64,000 bases of DNA from NCBI GenBank assembly GCA_963675665.1, contig OY776510.1:3808001-3872000 (forward strand), in the 5' to 3' direction. Made by a program: the position numbers and the translations under genes. Of this stretch, positions 38,748 to 49,201 are shown in pieces (the stretch's first letter is position 1; every line of letters begins with the position of its first letter). Under the pieces are notes generated by a model. The model searched no databases and was not told the origin of the DNA. It saw only the letters and a list, made by a program, of their open reading frames with translations. Source of the stretch: Spirochaetia bacterium. Its GTDB lineage: Bacteria > Spirochaetota > Spirochaetia > UBA9216.

Positions 38748-40742
38748 ATGTCTGATATAACAATCCCCGGTGTAAACAGCGGCCTGAATACAGAAAGTAT
38801 AGTGTCTAAGCTTATGGAGCTTGAGCGAATCCCTTTGGATCGCAAAGAAGACGAGCTTGAAAATTATCAAAATGAAAAGAAAATATGGCAGGATCTGTCT
38901 AAAAACATAACAAAACTTGAGAACTCGGCAAAAAGCCTTTACGGCGCCGAGAACCCTTTTAACGAACGAATTGTTGAATCTTCAAATGAAAAAGCACTCA
39001 CCGCAATAGCAGAAAGAGGAGCTCTTGAGCAGGAAAAAGAAATAACGGTTTTGCAGAAAGCCTCTGCAGATCGCTTTCTTTCAGACTCAATAGATAATGA
39101 TTATGAAGCGCCTTCGGGCACCTACTCGTTTTCCGTCGGCGAAGAAGAGATTAATTTTAATTTCAGGGGAGGTTCAATCAACAGGCTTGCCGAACGGATA
39201 AACAGTCGTGGCCGCGGTATAATCAGAGCCCAGGTTATAAAAGATACCCCTGATACAACCGTTATTCTGCTGGAATCCACAAAGGAAGGTCTTGCAAATC
39301 GTCTTGAATTTAAAGAAGGAACTGCTCTCGAATTTGCGGTATCGTCCGGCATTCTTAAAAGAACCGATTCATCTCTGAGAATCATAACTGCCGGAGATTT
39401 GGAAGGCGCTGCCGGTGTTGAAGAAACTTCCGACGGAAAAACAAAGCTTAACCCCGGAGCTGCCGGTATTTTTAAAATCGATCCGCCGGTAAAGGACAAC
39501 GGCAACCTTGTTCTTGAATTTGAGGTTAAAATAAACGATATTGAAGAAGAAGTCTGGACGCCCCCTGCCCCGCCTGCAGGACCGGACAGCCCTGTTTCAA
39601 CAGGAATCGATTTTAAAGGTATTTATATACAGAACTCGGCCACCGCAATAAGTCTTCCTGCCTGGCAGGCGCCGAAACCCCCGGAAAAAATAGTTGATTT
39701 CGAGATTTTTTCCTCAATATCCGGCCAATCTGAAAAAATTCTTCCTGCGCTTCGTGACACCGGTCAAACACAGAAAATTTCAGTTAAGCTTGCCGATATC
39801 GGAGGGCTTACCGGCGGAATAAAATTCCTTAATAAAAATACATACAAGGAAATCAGTATATCCGATATAAAGATCTTTGATCCTGATGCCCGCGGAGACT
39901 GGGAGCCCGCAAGACCGGTTGAAACAGCCTCAAATTCCAAACTTGAAGTCGACGGCATTGAAATTATTCGTGAAAGTAATACCATTGACGATATTGTTCC
40001 CGGTGTAACTCTTACTATCAAGGGCGAAGATGACGACCCTGTTGATCTGAAAATAACTCCCGATGTTGAACTTATTAAAGACCAGATTATCAGTTTTATC
40101 GGGAATTATAACCGTGTACAGGCTGACCTCGGAATTCTGACGTCAAACGATTCCGATATAATTGCAGAACTTGATTATTTTACAGAGGAAGAAACCGAAA
40201 AAGCCAACGAAAGGCTCGGTCATTTTCAGGGTGATTCAACGCTTGTTCAGATGAAATCGCGCCTTCAGCTGATAATGATGGAACCCTATTCCGCCTCAAC
40301 TGATGAAACACTAAGGCTTCTTTCTCAAATCGGAATTTCAACAAATTCATCTGGCTTCGGCGGAGTAAACAATTCAAAGCTTAGAGGCTATATTGAAATT
40401 GATGAGGATATGCTGGATACTTCACTGGAAAATAATATTCAGAGTGTTAAAGACCTTTTCGGCATTGATTCAGACGGCGACTTAATTATTGACAACGGTG
40501 CAGCATATAAAGCTCAGGAATATATCAAACCTTATATAGGCACAAATGGTATTATTTCATACAGAATGACAAGCCTTGATTCAAGAATTGATCGTACAGA
40601 ACGGGATATTTCAAGTTATGAACTAAAGCTTGAAGACAAGGAAGCTGAGCTTAAAAATAAATATGCGATTATGGAAGGAAACATAAACGCTATGCAGCAG
40701 AATTCAAATGCATTGAATAATCTCAATTATAATAATGATTAG
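38748..40742 (+). CDS. fliD: Flagellar filament cap FliD (long spirochaetal form)
   Basis: PGVNSGLNTESIVSKLM, RESNTIDDIVPGVTL, LSQIGIST. Confidence 0.93.
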   Translation: MSDITIPGVNSGLNTESIVSKLMELERIPLDRKEDELENYQNEKKIWQDLSKNITKLENSAKSLYGAENPFNERIVESSNEKALTAIAERGALEQEKEITVLQKASADRFLSDSIDNDYEAPSGTYSFSVGEEEINFNFRGGSINRLAERINSRGRGIIRAQVIKDTPDTTVILLESTKEGLANRLEFKEGTALEFAVSSGILKRTDSSLRIITAGDLEGAAGVEETSDGKTKLNPGAAGIFKIDPPVKDNGNLVLEFEVKINDIEEEVWTPPAPPAGPDSPVSTGIDFKGIYIQNSATAISLPAWQAPKPPEKIVDFEIFSSISGQSEKILPALRDTGQTQKISVKLADIGGLTGGIKFLNKNTYKEISISDIKIFDPDARGDWEPARPVETASNSKLEVDGIEIIRESNTIDDIVPGVTLTIKGEDDDPVDLKITPDVELIKDQIISFIGNYNRVQADLGILTSNDSDIIAELDYFTEEETEKANERLGHFQGDSTLVQMKSRLQLIMMEPYSASTDETLRLLSQIGISTNSSGFGGVNNSKLRGYIEIDEDMLDTSLENNIQSVKDLFGIDSDGDLIIDNGAAYKAQEYIKPYIGTNGIISYRMTSLDSRIDRTERDISSYELKLEDKEAELKNKYAIMEGNINAMQQNSNALNNLNYNND

Positions 40743-40750
40743 CGGGGAGA

Positions 40751-41671
40751 ATGAGCATGGAGATATTCATTAACGACGAAAAAATAGATTTCAGACTTGA
40801 GAATGAGAATTTTCTTGAAGAAGTCGTATCTGAACTTGAACGTTGGGCTTCGGAAAACAACGTACTCATTCAAAAGATTCTTTATGATCAGAATACATAT
40901 AATTCTGCAAATGAAATTTGCAGACAGTTCCCGGTAGAAAATGTAACATCGCTTAAAATATCAGTTAAAAGCCTTTTTGAGGTTCATCAGGACAATCTTC
41001 AATTGCTATACCAGTTTATAAGCCTTCTTTTAAAGGCAATAGAGGGTCAGAACAACAAGCTGATAGCAGAACTGCAGGCTGAGGTCGAACCGATAGCAAA
41101 CCTTCTGGCAGATTTTCTGGAAGAATCCGTTAATTCTGCCGAATCGGTCAGCAGAACATTTCTTGATAATATACTCAGATATAACCCCGATAACCCGGAC
41201 GCAGATACTGAGCTGCTTGCCAACTTACTTCAACAGCTTAAAGGTTTAAAGATTATTCTCAATGAACGTATGGCTGAACTTGTCGACCCTATTGTTGAAC
41301 TTGGAAAAACAATAACAGCACTCAGACTTTCTCTTGAAGAAATAAATGATATATCGGTCCTTATTCAGTCCGGAAAAGACAGAGATGCGCTTAACAGTAT
41401 AATAAAATATTCAGAAATCAGTCAAAAAACCCTGAGACTCTACCCGATTCTTAAAGGCAGAGGAATATTTGATTTTGAACAGCTTGTTATAGATGGTGTA
41501 AGTATATCCGACTATTATATTGATCTTAACAGCATCCTGTCGGAACTTCTTGAGGCTTTTTCCGCAAATGACAGCGTACTCATTGGAGATCTGCTTGAAT
41601 ATGAGGTTGCTCCCAGACTTGAGAGTCTTACTGATGTTCTTGAGGAAATCCAGAAGGAGCATTTAAAATGA
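40751..41671 (+). CDS. Hypothetical helical protein in the fliD operon
   Basis: 306-aa ORF with SD; DSVLIGDLLEYE motif; family not assigned. Confidence 0.7.
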   Translation: MSMEIFINDEKIDFRLENENFLEEVVSELERWASENNVLIQKILYDQNTYNSANEICRQFPVENVTSLKISVKSLFEVHQDNLQLLYQFISLLLKAIEGQNNKLIAELQAEVEPIANLLADFLEESVNSAESVSRTFLDNILRYNPDNPDADTELLANLLQQLKGLKIILNERMAELVDPIVELGKTITALRLSLEEINDISVLIQSGKDRDALNSIIKYSEISQKTLRLYPILKGRGIFDFEQLVIDGVSISDYYIDLNSILSELLEAFSANDSVLIGDLLEYEVAPRLESLTDVLEEIQKEHLK

Positions 41672-42783
41672 TTAATTTCCCTCTTTTACAACGATATCTT
41701 CCCAGTATCCAGAGCAGCAGCGGTACAGAGAACTGGATTACATTGGTTGTTATTATTGGGATTATTATCGTAATTATTGCCGCAAGCAGAATCTCGGCTT
41801 CCGGACGCGCGTCTTCCGGCTCAGGAGGCTCGGGTTTGGGCAGTTCAAAACCGCAGAAGTTCAGTCGGCGAAAATTTATCAGAAAATCAACAATAATGGG
41901 CCTTACAAAAGTCCAGGCAAATACGCTTGCAAACCTTGTTTTAAAATACAAAATGAAAAATCCATATATGGTTTTTACACACGGAAACCAGCTTGATGCT
42001 CTGCTGCGAAAATCCATTAGTGAAATAGAATCGCAGGTATCCTCGGATCAGGTGAAAGAAGCCCAGAAAATTACAATTTTTAGAATTAAACAGGCTCTTG
42101 AACGTAATTCGAATAAAAGTAAATCTTTTATATCTACTACCACCATTCCAGCCGGTCAATCAATTGCTATCACTCCCGAAAACGGAGGAAGATACCAGTC
42201 CAAAATTAATACTAATCTCCGCAACTACCTTAGCGCCACAGTACCTGCAGATCCTTCCGGAGCACAGGTCCGCTGGAAGAAATGGACAACAGTAAAAGTA
42301 TTTTTCTGGAAAAAGAACGGACAGGGTTTTACATTTGATTCAAAGGTTACAGGCTACAGTGTAATCAGGGGCGTACCTAGCGTTCTTCTTCAGCATTCCG
42401 GCAAGGTAAAACAGGCACAGCAGCGCAAATTCCGCCGAAAAGAATTAAGCCGTCCGGCGTACTTTTTCCCGGTTAAAATCATTCCTGTAGGTGTCGGCAA
42501 AAAAGCTAAAAAACGGGCTATTGTTGAAAATGACCGTGGGGCACTGGGCACTTTGGTTGATATTTCAGCAGGCGGATGCGCAATAAAATCTACCAAACCA
42601 ATACCAAAAGCCGGTTTGATAAAACTTCAGTTTGAAACGGGTGAAGGACATTCAATCTGGTGTTTCGGTAAGGTGATTAATATCAGAAAAGCACCGCCTC
42701 TCGGCGGAATTATGCATATTGTATTTACAAAAGTAACTCATAAAAACCTTAATTCTATCAATTCGTTTGTATATGATTATTAG
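41668..42783 (+). CDS. Membrane-anchored PilZ protein (YcgR/flagellar-brake-like)
   Basis: N-terminal TM; QRKFRR and DISAGG motifs. Confidence 0.83.
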   Translation: MINFPLLQRYLPSIQSSSGTENWITLVVIIGIIIVIIAASRISASGRASSGSGGSGLGSSKPQKFSRRKFIRKSTIMGLTKVQANTLANLVLKYKMKNPYMVFTHGNQLDALLRKSISEIESQVSSDQVKEAQKITIFRIKQALERNSNKSKSFISTTTIPAGQSIAITPENGGRYQSKINTNLRNYLSATVPADPSGAQVRWKKWTTVKVFFWKKNGQGFTFDSKVTGYSVIRGVPSVLLQHSGKVKQAQQRKFRRKELSRPAYFFPVKIIPVGVGKKAKKRAIVENDRGALGTLVDISAGGCAIKSTKPIPKAGLIKLQFETGEGHSIWCFGKVINIRKAPPLGGIMHIVFTKVTHKNLNSINSFVYDY

Positions 42784-42822
42784 AATTGATATACTGAAAA
42801 AAAGTAAATATTCGGAGACTGT

Positions 42823-43074
42823 ATGGAATTTATTGAACTGAAAAATATTGTCAGAAAAGACTCCCCTATTCATTATATCAATGAATATCATGGATTGCTT
42901 GTTTTTAATAACGAAAACGGTATCAAGGAACACATGATAGAAATTATTCTGGAAAAAACGGCCCTCGGTTTAACCAACATTCAGCTTCATTTTACAGATA
43001 AAGATTTACTTGCCAATATTGAAGAACTTAGAAACTTTATTGATGAAAAAAACAAACAGGGTTACTTTGAATAG
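42823..43074 (+). CDS. Small hypothetical protein
   Basis: 83 aa with GGAG SD; fills the operon gap. Confidence 0.6.
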   Translation: MEFIELKNIVRKDSPIHYINEYHGLLVFNNENGIKEHMIEIILEKTALGLTNIQLHFTDKDLLANIEELRNFIDEKNKQGYFE

Positions 43075-43495
43075 CAGTATATCCAGCTTTTCTGCAGTTG
43101 ATACAATAAAAATCGGAGCTGAACTTTCAGAAAAAATCAAACCCGGAGCTGTTGTAGCATTAACAGGCAGCCTTGGTGCCGGTAAAACAACCTTTGTAAA
43201 AGGTGTTGCATCAGGTTTAGGCATTAAATCAGAAATAACCAGCCCCAGCTTTACAATTATCAAGGAATATTATGAAGGCCGTATTCCCCTTTATCATATG
43301 GATTTGTACAGAATCGATAATTATGAAGAACTTTACATGATCGGCTTTGAAGAATTGATTTACGGCGTCGGGTTGTCTATAATTGAATGGAGTGAAAAAG
43401 CAGAAGAATTGCTTCCGTCTGAAAGAATCGATGTAGATATTGCAATAAATATTGACGGAAGCCGGCAAATAACTACCAGGGGGCTTTACTTTTGA
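43067..43495 (+). CDS. tsaE: t6A biosynthesis ATPase TsaE
   Basis: GSLGAGKTTF, TSPSF, HMDLYR, IIEW. Start probably TTG 43067. Confidence 0.94.
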   Translation: MNSSISSFSAVDTIKIGAELSEKIKPGAVVALTGSLGAGKTTFVKGVASGLGIKSEITSPSFTIIKEYYEGRIPLYHMDLYRIDNYEELYMIGFEELIYGVGLSIIEWSEKAEELLPSERIDVDIAINIDGSRQITTRGLYF

Positions 43496-44163
43496 ATATT
43501 CTTGCTTTCGATACATCAGGAGTTTTTCTCAGCGTTTGTGTTAAAACTGAAAAATATTTTTTTGAAGAAACCAGATACGCCGGCATGAAACATTCCGAGC
43601 ACCTTCTGCCTGTAATTAATCATCTTATGGAGCAGTCTAATCTGACATTCGATAATCTCGATTTGATTGTTTGTTCCAAAGGCCCGGGTTCATTTACAGG
43701 CCTCAGAATCGGAATGTCCACTGCCAAGGGCATTTCCACCGGCTGTAATGCGCCTTTGGTTTCTGTCAACACACTTGATGCCATGGCACACAAGCTTGAT
43801 TTTTTCGACGGTGCTGTCGTTCCTGTTATTGATGCAAGAAAAAACCGTTTTTATACTGCTGTATATGTTAACGGAAATCTTGAATCTGATTATCTTGATG
43901 TTTCCGTTGAAACTCTTTCTTTACTGCTGAACAAAAGGAATAAAGTTCTTTTTGCAGGTACCGACTGTGCAATGCTTGAATCATTACTGGCAGACATGGA
44001 ACCGGCTGCTGAATTCGATTATTTTTTTTATCATTCATTATCAGGACTTTCATCAACTTTTGCTGAAACAGGACAAAAGCTTTTTGAAGCCAACGGACCT
44101 GATCCTGATGATGCAGGGCCGTTGTATATAAGGTTAAGTGACGCGGAATTATCAAGACTATGA
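43492..44163 (+). CDS. tsaB: t6A biosynthesis protein TsaB
   Basis: ILAFDTS, HSEHLLP, GPGSFTGLRIG, IDARK, PLYIR. Confidence 0.94.
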   Translation: MNILAFDTSGVFLSVCVKTEKYFFEETRYAGMKHSEHLLPVINHLMEQSNLTFDNLDLIVCSKGPGSFTGLRIGMSTAKGISTGCNAPLVSVNTLDAMAHKLDFFDGAVVPVIDARKNRFYTAVYVNGNLESDYLDVSVETLSLLLNKRNKVLFAGTDCAMLESLLADMEPAAEFDYFFYHSLSGLSSTFAETGQKLFEANGPDPDDAGPLYIRLSDAELSRL

Positions 44164-45203
44164 ATGACTGTATAAAACAGATGTTTGTACTTTACAAACA
44201 ATCACAAATCCCGGTTGTTATTTTTTCTGATGAAATGGAAATAATCTGGAACAATACTCCTTTCGGAAAATATTTCGGTAAAACATCTCTCGAAGGAGAG
44301 AATCTCTCGGCTCTTACCAAAACAGCCTTAAGAAAAAAACTTCTTTCATCGCAGGGCTTTTCCATAAGACTTCAGGCAACTATCAGCCCGGCTGATTATA
44401 TATCATCAATAATTGTACTGCTTATCTTCCCGCTTGATATATCAAATTCCGCGCCTACTGCCTTTATCGGTTATATTGATGATATTACAAGCGAGCGCAA
44501 TATGATGCTCAGAAAAACCTATATGGGTCTTCTTGAAGCATCAAAGCTGAAGGACGACGATACGGGCAACCATATTAAACGCGTGGGAGCTTATGCAAGA
44601 AGACTCAGTGAAGAATGCTATAAACGCGGCGGCTATCCTCAAATAAATCCTGATTTTATAGACAAAATTCATTTTCTTGCACCGATGCATGATGTAGGTA
44701 AAATAGGTACTCCCGACGAAATTCTTACAAAGCGCGGCTCTCTTGATGAAACTGAATGGGCAATTATGAAACAGCATACTATAAACGGAGCCCTTATTCT
44801 TTCAAATTATCCCGATAAAATGGCTTCTGAAATCGCCAGAGCACACCATGAGAGGTGGGACGGCAGCGGTTATCTTTTTGGTCTGGAAGGCGAAGACATT
44901 CCTTTGGCGGCAAGAATTACCACAATTGCCGATGTATATGATGCTCTGCGAATGAAACGCAGTTATAAAGACGCCTTTTCCCATGAAAAAGCTATTGAAA
45001 TCATTAAATCTGACAGCGGCAAACTGTTTGATCCTGCTCTTGCAGATATATTCTTTTCTATAAATGAATCATTTCTGAATATCTATAATGCGCTTTCGGA
45101 TGAACCCGATAAATCAGGCTCAACGGTTATTGAAGATCTGCCTGTTTATATGGAAGATGCATTTGACGATCTGGAAGAAATTGAGGAGCTCGAAGAACTT
45201 TAA
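44160..45203 (+). CDS. HD-GYP domain phosphodiesterase with N-terminal PAS-like region
   Basis: TGNHIKRV, MHDVGKIG, HHERWDGSGYL, IADVYDAL. Confidence 0.88.
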   Translation: MNDCIKQMFVLYKQSQIPVVIFSDEMEIIWNNTPFGKYFGKTSLEGENLSALTKTALRKKLLSSQGFSIRLQATISPADYISSIIVLLIFPLDISNSAPTAFIGYIDDITSERNMMLRKTYMGLLEASKLKDDDTGNHIKRVGAYARRLSEECYKRGGYPQINPDFIDKIHFLAPMHDVGKIGTPDEILTKRGSLDETEWAIMKQHTINGALILSNYPDKMASEIARAHHERWDGSGYLFGLEGEDIPLAARITTIADVYDALRMKRSYKDAFSHEKAIEIIKSDSGKLFDPALADIFFSINESFLNIYNALSDEPDKSGSTVIEDLPVYMEDAFDDLEEIEELEEL

Positions 45204-45227
45204 TCAGAGTTCAGAACCCTGATAATA

Positions 45228-45467
45228 TCAATCTTTATCTTTTTGTTCGTTCAGCAGGCTGCCGATAACAGGAAGCTCCGCTTTAGTCATTGCAGCCGCC
45301 CTGTTTTCTTCCTGAATTGCGATATAGACTTCTTTTCTATAAACTTTTATTTCTCTTGGCGCATTAATGCCGAGCTTGACCTGGTCACCTTTTATTTCAA
45401 TTACAGAAACTTCTATACTGTCGCCTATAGTTATGCTTTCATTCAATTTTCTTGTGAGTATCAGCAT
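45228..45467 (-). CDS. csrA: Carbon storage regulator CsrA
   Basis: [21 protein letters not shown] and C-terminal EENRAA extension typical of FliW-binding CsrA. Confidence 0.96.
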   Translation of the reverse strand: MLILTRKLNESITIGDSIEVSVIEIKGDQVKLGINAPREIKVYRKEVYIAIQEENRAAAMTKAELPVIGSLLNEQKDKD

Positions 45468-45922
45468 GCCCTTTCCCTGCTGCCTGAAAGTTCTTCAAGA
45501 ATATAATGTCTTGTTTTCCACTTTGGATTCAACGAAATGGACTGACGCCCGGTTTTATTATTTCGGTTAATAATAACGGGGCCCTGCAGATTCGCCGACA
45601 TTTTTTGCTGGTTTTCAGGTACGGTAACAATCGCAAAGATAAGCAAATTTTCATCGTTAATATCTTCCAGTCCTATCTCATCCAGATCAGCGTTCAGAAC
45701 TTCCAGTTTATAATCCTTTCTGAATACAACAGGATTAATAAGCACAAATGCAGTTTCTTTTACATCAAGTGACTGCAACCAGTAAAAAGGCTGCTGCTCC
45801 GCATCAAGAAGTATAAATTCCTTTAAATTCTCAAATCCGAAGATTCCGAATGGGAACTGTATTTTCTGTCTTTCATCAACATCAATAATCCCGTAGGCTT
45901 TAGTATTTACAGTCAGCATCAA
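45461..45922 (-). CDS. fliW: Flagellar assembly factor FliW
   Basis: [26 protein letters not shown]. Confidence 0.94.
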   Translation of the reverse strand: MMLTVNTKAYGIIDVDERQKIQFPFGIFGFENLKEFILLDAEQQPFYWLQSLDVKETAFVLINPVVFRKDYKLEVLNADLDEIGLEDINDENLLIFAIVTVPENQQKMSANLQGPVIINRNNKTGRQSISLNPKWKTRHYILEELSGSRERAC

Positions 45923-47170
45923 TTACCTCAGATAATCCAGCAATGTGGGTTTCAGTACTTTTGCGGCAGTCTGCAAAGTAGCCTGCTGCGTTTTCTCCAT
46001 CATTTTTAATTCTGTTATTGCTTCGGCAAAATCCAGATCAACAGCGTTTGAATTCATCTGCTGGATGTTTGGTATTTCATATGAAATTCTTTCGTATACG
46101 GTCTGAAGCCTGGCATCTTCCGCCCCAAGCCTGGATAACTCCGAAAGCATATTGTTATGGGCCATATCAATACCCTTAAGCGCCATTCCGCCTATATCGA
46201 TAGTATTGCCAGCAAAAAGATTATCCCGCAGATTTATTATTGTGTCAAACAGTGAGCCTCCGGAGACTCTTGCATCGCGGTGAATATTGGCCGGCGGACT
46301 GCCTGCGTTTTCCGAGACAAGCCCGAGGTCTTTTAATACCCTTCCGCCTTCTGCGTCTTCCATCCATATCTGGTGTGGAGTTGTAGTTTTAAGTATAACT
46401 GAATTGGTAACAGGATCCAGCTGGGCCTTTACTGCGATATCCGCCCGGTTAATTTTGGAGATAACGGCATATACGTTATCTCCGGCATTAAGGCTTATTT
46501 CTTCACCGTCAATAAGTATTTTACTGTCGGATAACAGATTATAATTTGTGGAATCAACAGCCGAAAAAATCTGCTGCTGTTCGGCCCAGAAAACCCTGTT
46601 CCCGGGAAAATCAACATTTACATAACTGTTTTCAGAAACTTCCGCTTTCTGGTTATTAACCGTTCCGACATAATCAACCGATGTTATCCTCTTGCCCGAG
46701 ACTCCCGGCACCATTCCCGAGTCTGCCCTGAATGCAAGGCCCTTGTTCTTGTCGCCCGCAAATATGGTTACACCGCTTCCGTTTTCAGCATTTGCAACAG
46801 CAACAAGTTCATTAAGCAGCTGGTCCACCTCTTCAGCCATATAGGCCTTATCCTGCTTTGAATATGTGTCGTTTGCACCCTGGACGGCAAGCTCGCGTAC
46901 TCTCAGGATTATATCGTTCGCACTTGTAATATAACCTTCTGCAATTCTGTGGTCGCTCTGTATTGTTTCAATGTTCTCAGAAAATCTTGTCAGTCTTGTT
47001 ATCTTCGACTGAAACCTTGTGGAATGCGCTGCAGCCAGCGGGTCGTCCCTTAATTCCTTAACTCTGGTCTGCGAGGCTATTTTCGACTGCAAATCGCCCA
47101 TTTTCCATTCCTGAAGACGCATCCTGTACTGATAATCATCGTTCGGCATGTATGTGCTTATACGTTTCAT
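45923..47170 (-). CDS. flgL: Hook-associated protein 3
   Basis: LRDDPLAA, RELAVQGANDTY, TLLDYLR. Confidence 0.93.
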   Translation of the reverse strand: MKRISTYMPNDDYQYRMRLQEWKMGDLQSKIASQTRVKELRDDPLAAAHSTRFQSKITRLTRFSENIETIQSDHRIAEGYITSANDIILRVRELAVQGANDTYSKQDKAYMAEEVDQLLNELVAVANAENGSGVTIFAGDKNKGLAFRADSGMVPGVSGKRITSVDYVGTVNNQKAEVSENSYVNVDFPGNRVFWAEQQQIFSAVDSTNYNLLSDSKILIDGEEISLNAGDNVYAVISKINRADIAVKAQLDPVTNSVILKTTTPHQIWMEDAEGGRVLKDLGLVSENAGSPPANIHRDARVSGGSLFDTIINLRDNLFAGNTIDIGGMALKGIDMAHNNMLSELSRLGAEDARLQTVYERISYEIPNIQQMNSNAVDLDFAEAITELKMMEKTQQATLQTAAKVLKPTLLDYLR

Positions 47171-47174
47171 TTAA

Positions 47175-49052
47175 CTACGCCCCCATCCTGTTTATTATGG
47201 TATCCAGCATTTCATCAAAGGTGTTTACGACACGTGCAGCCGCTGTATAACCATGCTGAAATTTAATCATGTTAGCCAGTTCCTCGTCCATATTTACCCC
47301 GGAAATTGATTCCTGAAGCCCTTTCAGTTCTTTCATTATTATTTCTTCTGTCTCCAGCGCCCGTTCTGCCGTTTCGCCTTTCAATCCGATATCTGCAACT
47401 GTTTTAGCAAAATATTCATCAAACCCGGGAACATCTCCGACCATAACCTGGTTGTTTCGAAGCGCTGCTATTGCAACCGCAGCAGTCCCGTCGCCCGGTT
47501 TTGCCGGTCTTCCGTTTTCCCCGAATCCTGCAGCAACCGCACCCGGATCATTTTTAACCGTATCGCTTACTTCCATATATGCCGAAGGGTGCGATAAAGG
47601 CGCTACGGCATAAAGTGTTTCCGGCCCCTGAAGAGCATTCACTGCATCTGCTGTTTCCCAGTCGTACGCGCCATCCGCGCCAGATTGGGACAGGATTCCT
47701 GCGTAACCGACAAGAAACTGCCCTGAATCTTCCACATGTCTGATAACAAAATCAGGATTTTCCATCAGTGCCGCCGGAGCAGCCTTAAGCGTCAGTTGGC
47801 CAAGCCGGTTCAATCCGGCCGTAACCTCTGAGCCCGAATAATTTATCCTGTCTATAACATCCTGTACCGTATCTGTCGGGAAATATTCCAACGTATTGTT
47901 GCCTTCGGCAGACGACAAGGTGATTGTACCGCTTATGCCTATCTGTTCCTGCGCGCCGAGGCTGTTTGCGCCGTTTATACGGAAAATCCAGCTTGAATCA
48001 TATGCCCCGTCACCGTTTCGGTCGTAATTTCCGGCTAAATTATTTATAAACGGATATTCCTTGAAGAAATCAACCCCTGTGCGACCGTTAAGACCGTAGC
48101 CAGCATTGTGATTTTCATTAACGAGATCAACAAAATTTACGACCATCATATCGAAATTCTGAATTTCCTGCCGCACATCGCCGTCGCGCAGTTGCATAAG
48201 TGAAGCAAGTTTGCCCCCTCCGAACCAGGCCTTTTCACCGCTATCTGCCCATACAACGTCAAGATAACCTTCATTCTGCGGACTCGGCTCGGCCCTGAAA
48301 CCGTTGACAAGTTTTCCCTGCATCAGATGAAGACCACCTGTATGTATTGTAAATTCGTCCGGGTCGCGTCCGTCAGTCGTAATATTGATAATTGAAGACA
48401 AATCCCTTACAAACCTGTCGCGCTGATCATAGAGATCATTCGGATTATCACCTATAGCTTCTATCTTTACTATCTGTTCATTAAGGCTTGAGATTTCATT
48501 AAGAATCGAATTCACACGGTCAACTGTAACCTGCACATCTTCATCGATCATTGTCCTGATTTCTTTCAGCGCTTCAGCTCTATCCTTAATGCCGTCGGCA
48601 AGCGCCCCTCCTCTTTCAATTACAGCCTGGCGGGCCGGCATTTCATCCGGATACAATGAAAGCTCCTGCCAGGAATCCCAGAATTTATCCATCAGGGTCC
48701 GTATCGATGATTCTGTGGGTTCATTGTAGACCTGTTCCACCATCAGAATGTACTTGTCCCGGGCCTCCCACCAACCCTGGTCGTCACCCTGGGCAACTAT
48801 TCTGTTTTCCAGGATCATATCGCGGATACGCTCTACACGGTTTATCTGAACACCCTGACCTAGCTGCCCGGGAGTATTCTCCCTGTTCAAACCGGGCATA
48901 TACAGCGGGTCGACAGCACTCATTTCAACCCTCTGACGCGAATAGCCATCTACCGACGCATTACTTACATTGTGCCCTATTGTAGACAGCCCCTGTGTAT
49001 GAGCTATCAGGCTTCTTTTTCCCATTTCTATTCCGCTGAAGGTAGACTGCAT
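47175..49052 (-). CDS. flgK: Hook-associated protein 1
   Basis: GHNVSNASVDGYSRQRV, SGVNMDEELANMIKFQHGY. Confidence 0.95.
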   Translation of the reverse strand: MQSTFSGIEMGKRSLIAHTQGLSTIGHNVSNASVDGYSRQRVEMSAVDPLYMPGLNRENTPGQLGQGVQINRVERIRDMILENRIVAQGDDQGWWEARDKYILMVEQVYNEPTESSIRTLMDKFWDSWQELSLYPDEMPARQAVIERGGALADGIKDRAEALKEIRTMIDEDVQVTVDRVNSILNEISSLNEQIVKIEAIGDNPNDLYDQRDRFVRDLSSIINITTDGRDPDEFTIHTGGLHLMQGKLVNGFRAEPSPQNEGYLDVVWADSGEKAWFGGGKLASLMQLRDGDVRQEIQNFDMMVVNFVDLVNENHNAGYGLNGRTGVDFFKEYPFINNLAGNYDRNGDGAYDSSWIFRINGANSLGAQEQIGISGTITLSSAEGNNTLEYFPTDTVQDVIDRINYSGSEVTAGLNRLGQLTLKAAPAALMENPDFVIRHVEDSGQFLVGYAGILSQSGADGAYDWETADAVNALQGPETLYAVAPLSHPSAYMEVSDTVKNDPGAVAAGFGENGRPAKPGDGTAAVAIAALRNNQVMVGDVPGFDEYFAKTVADIGLKGETAERALETEEIIMKELKGLQESISGVNMDEELANMIKFQHGYTAAARVVNTFDEMLDTIINRMGA

Positions 49053-49201
49053 TAGTTACTCCTGTAAAATCTGCCATGAAAGACAGTTCCGTATAATTTA
49101 ATTACATGCCAGTAATTAAATTATTCTTACTCCTATAAAAACATCCACCATTGAAGGTGATCAATACTTTTGAAGTTTGTAAACAAACTTCAGTAGTTTA
49201 A

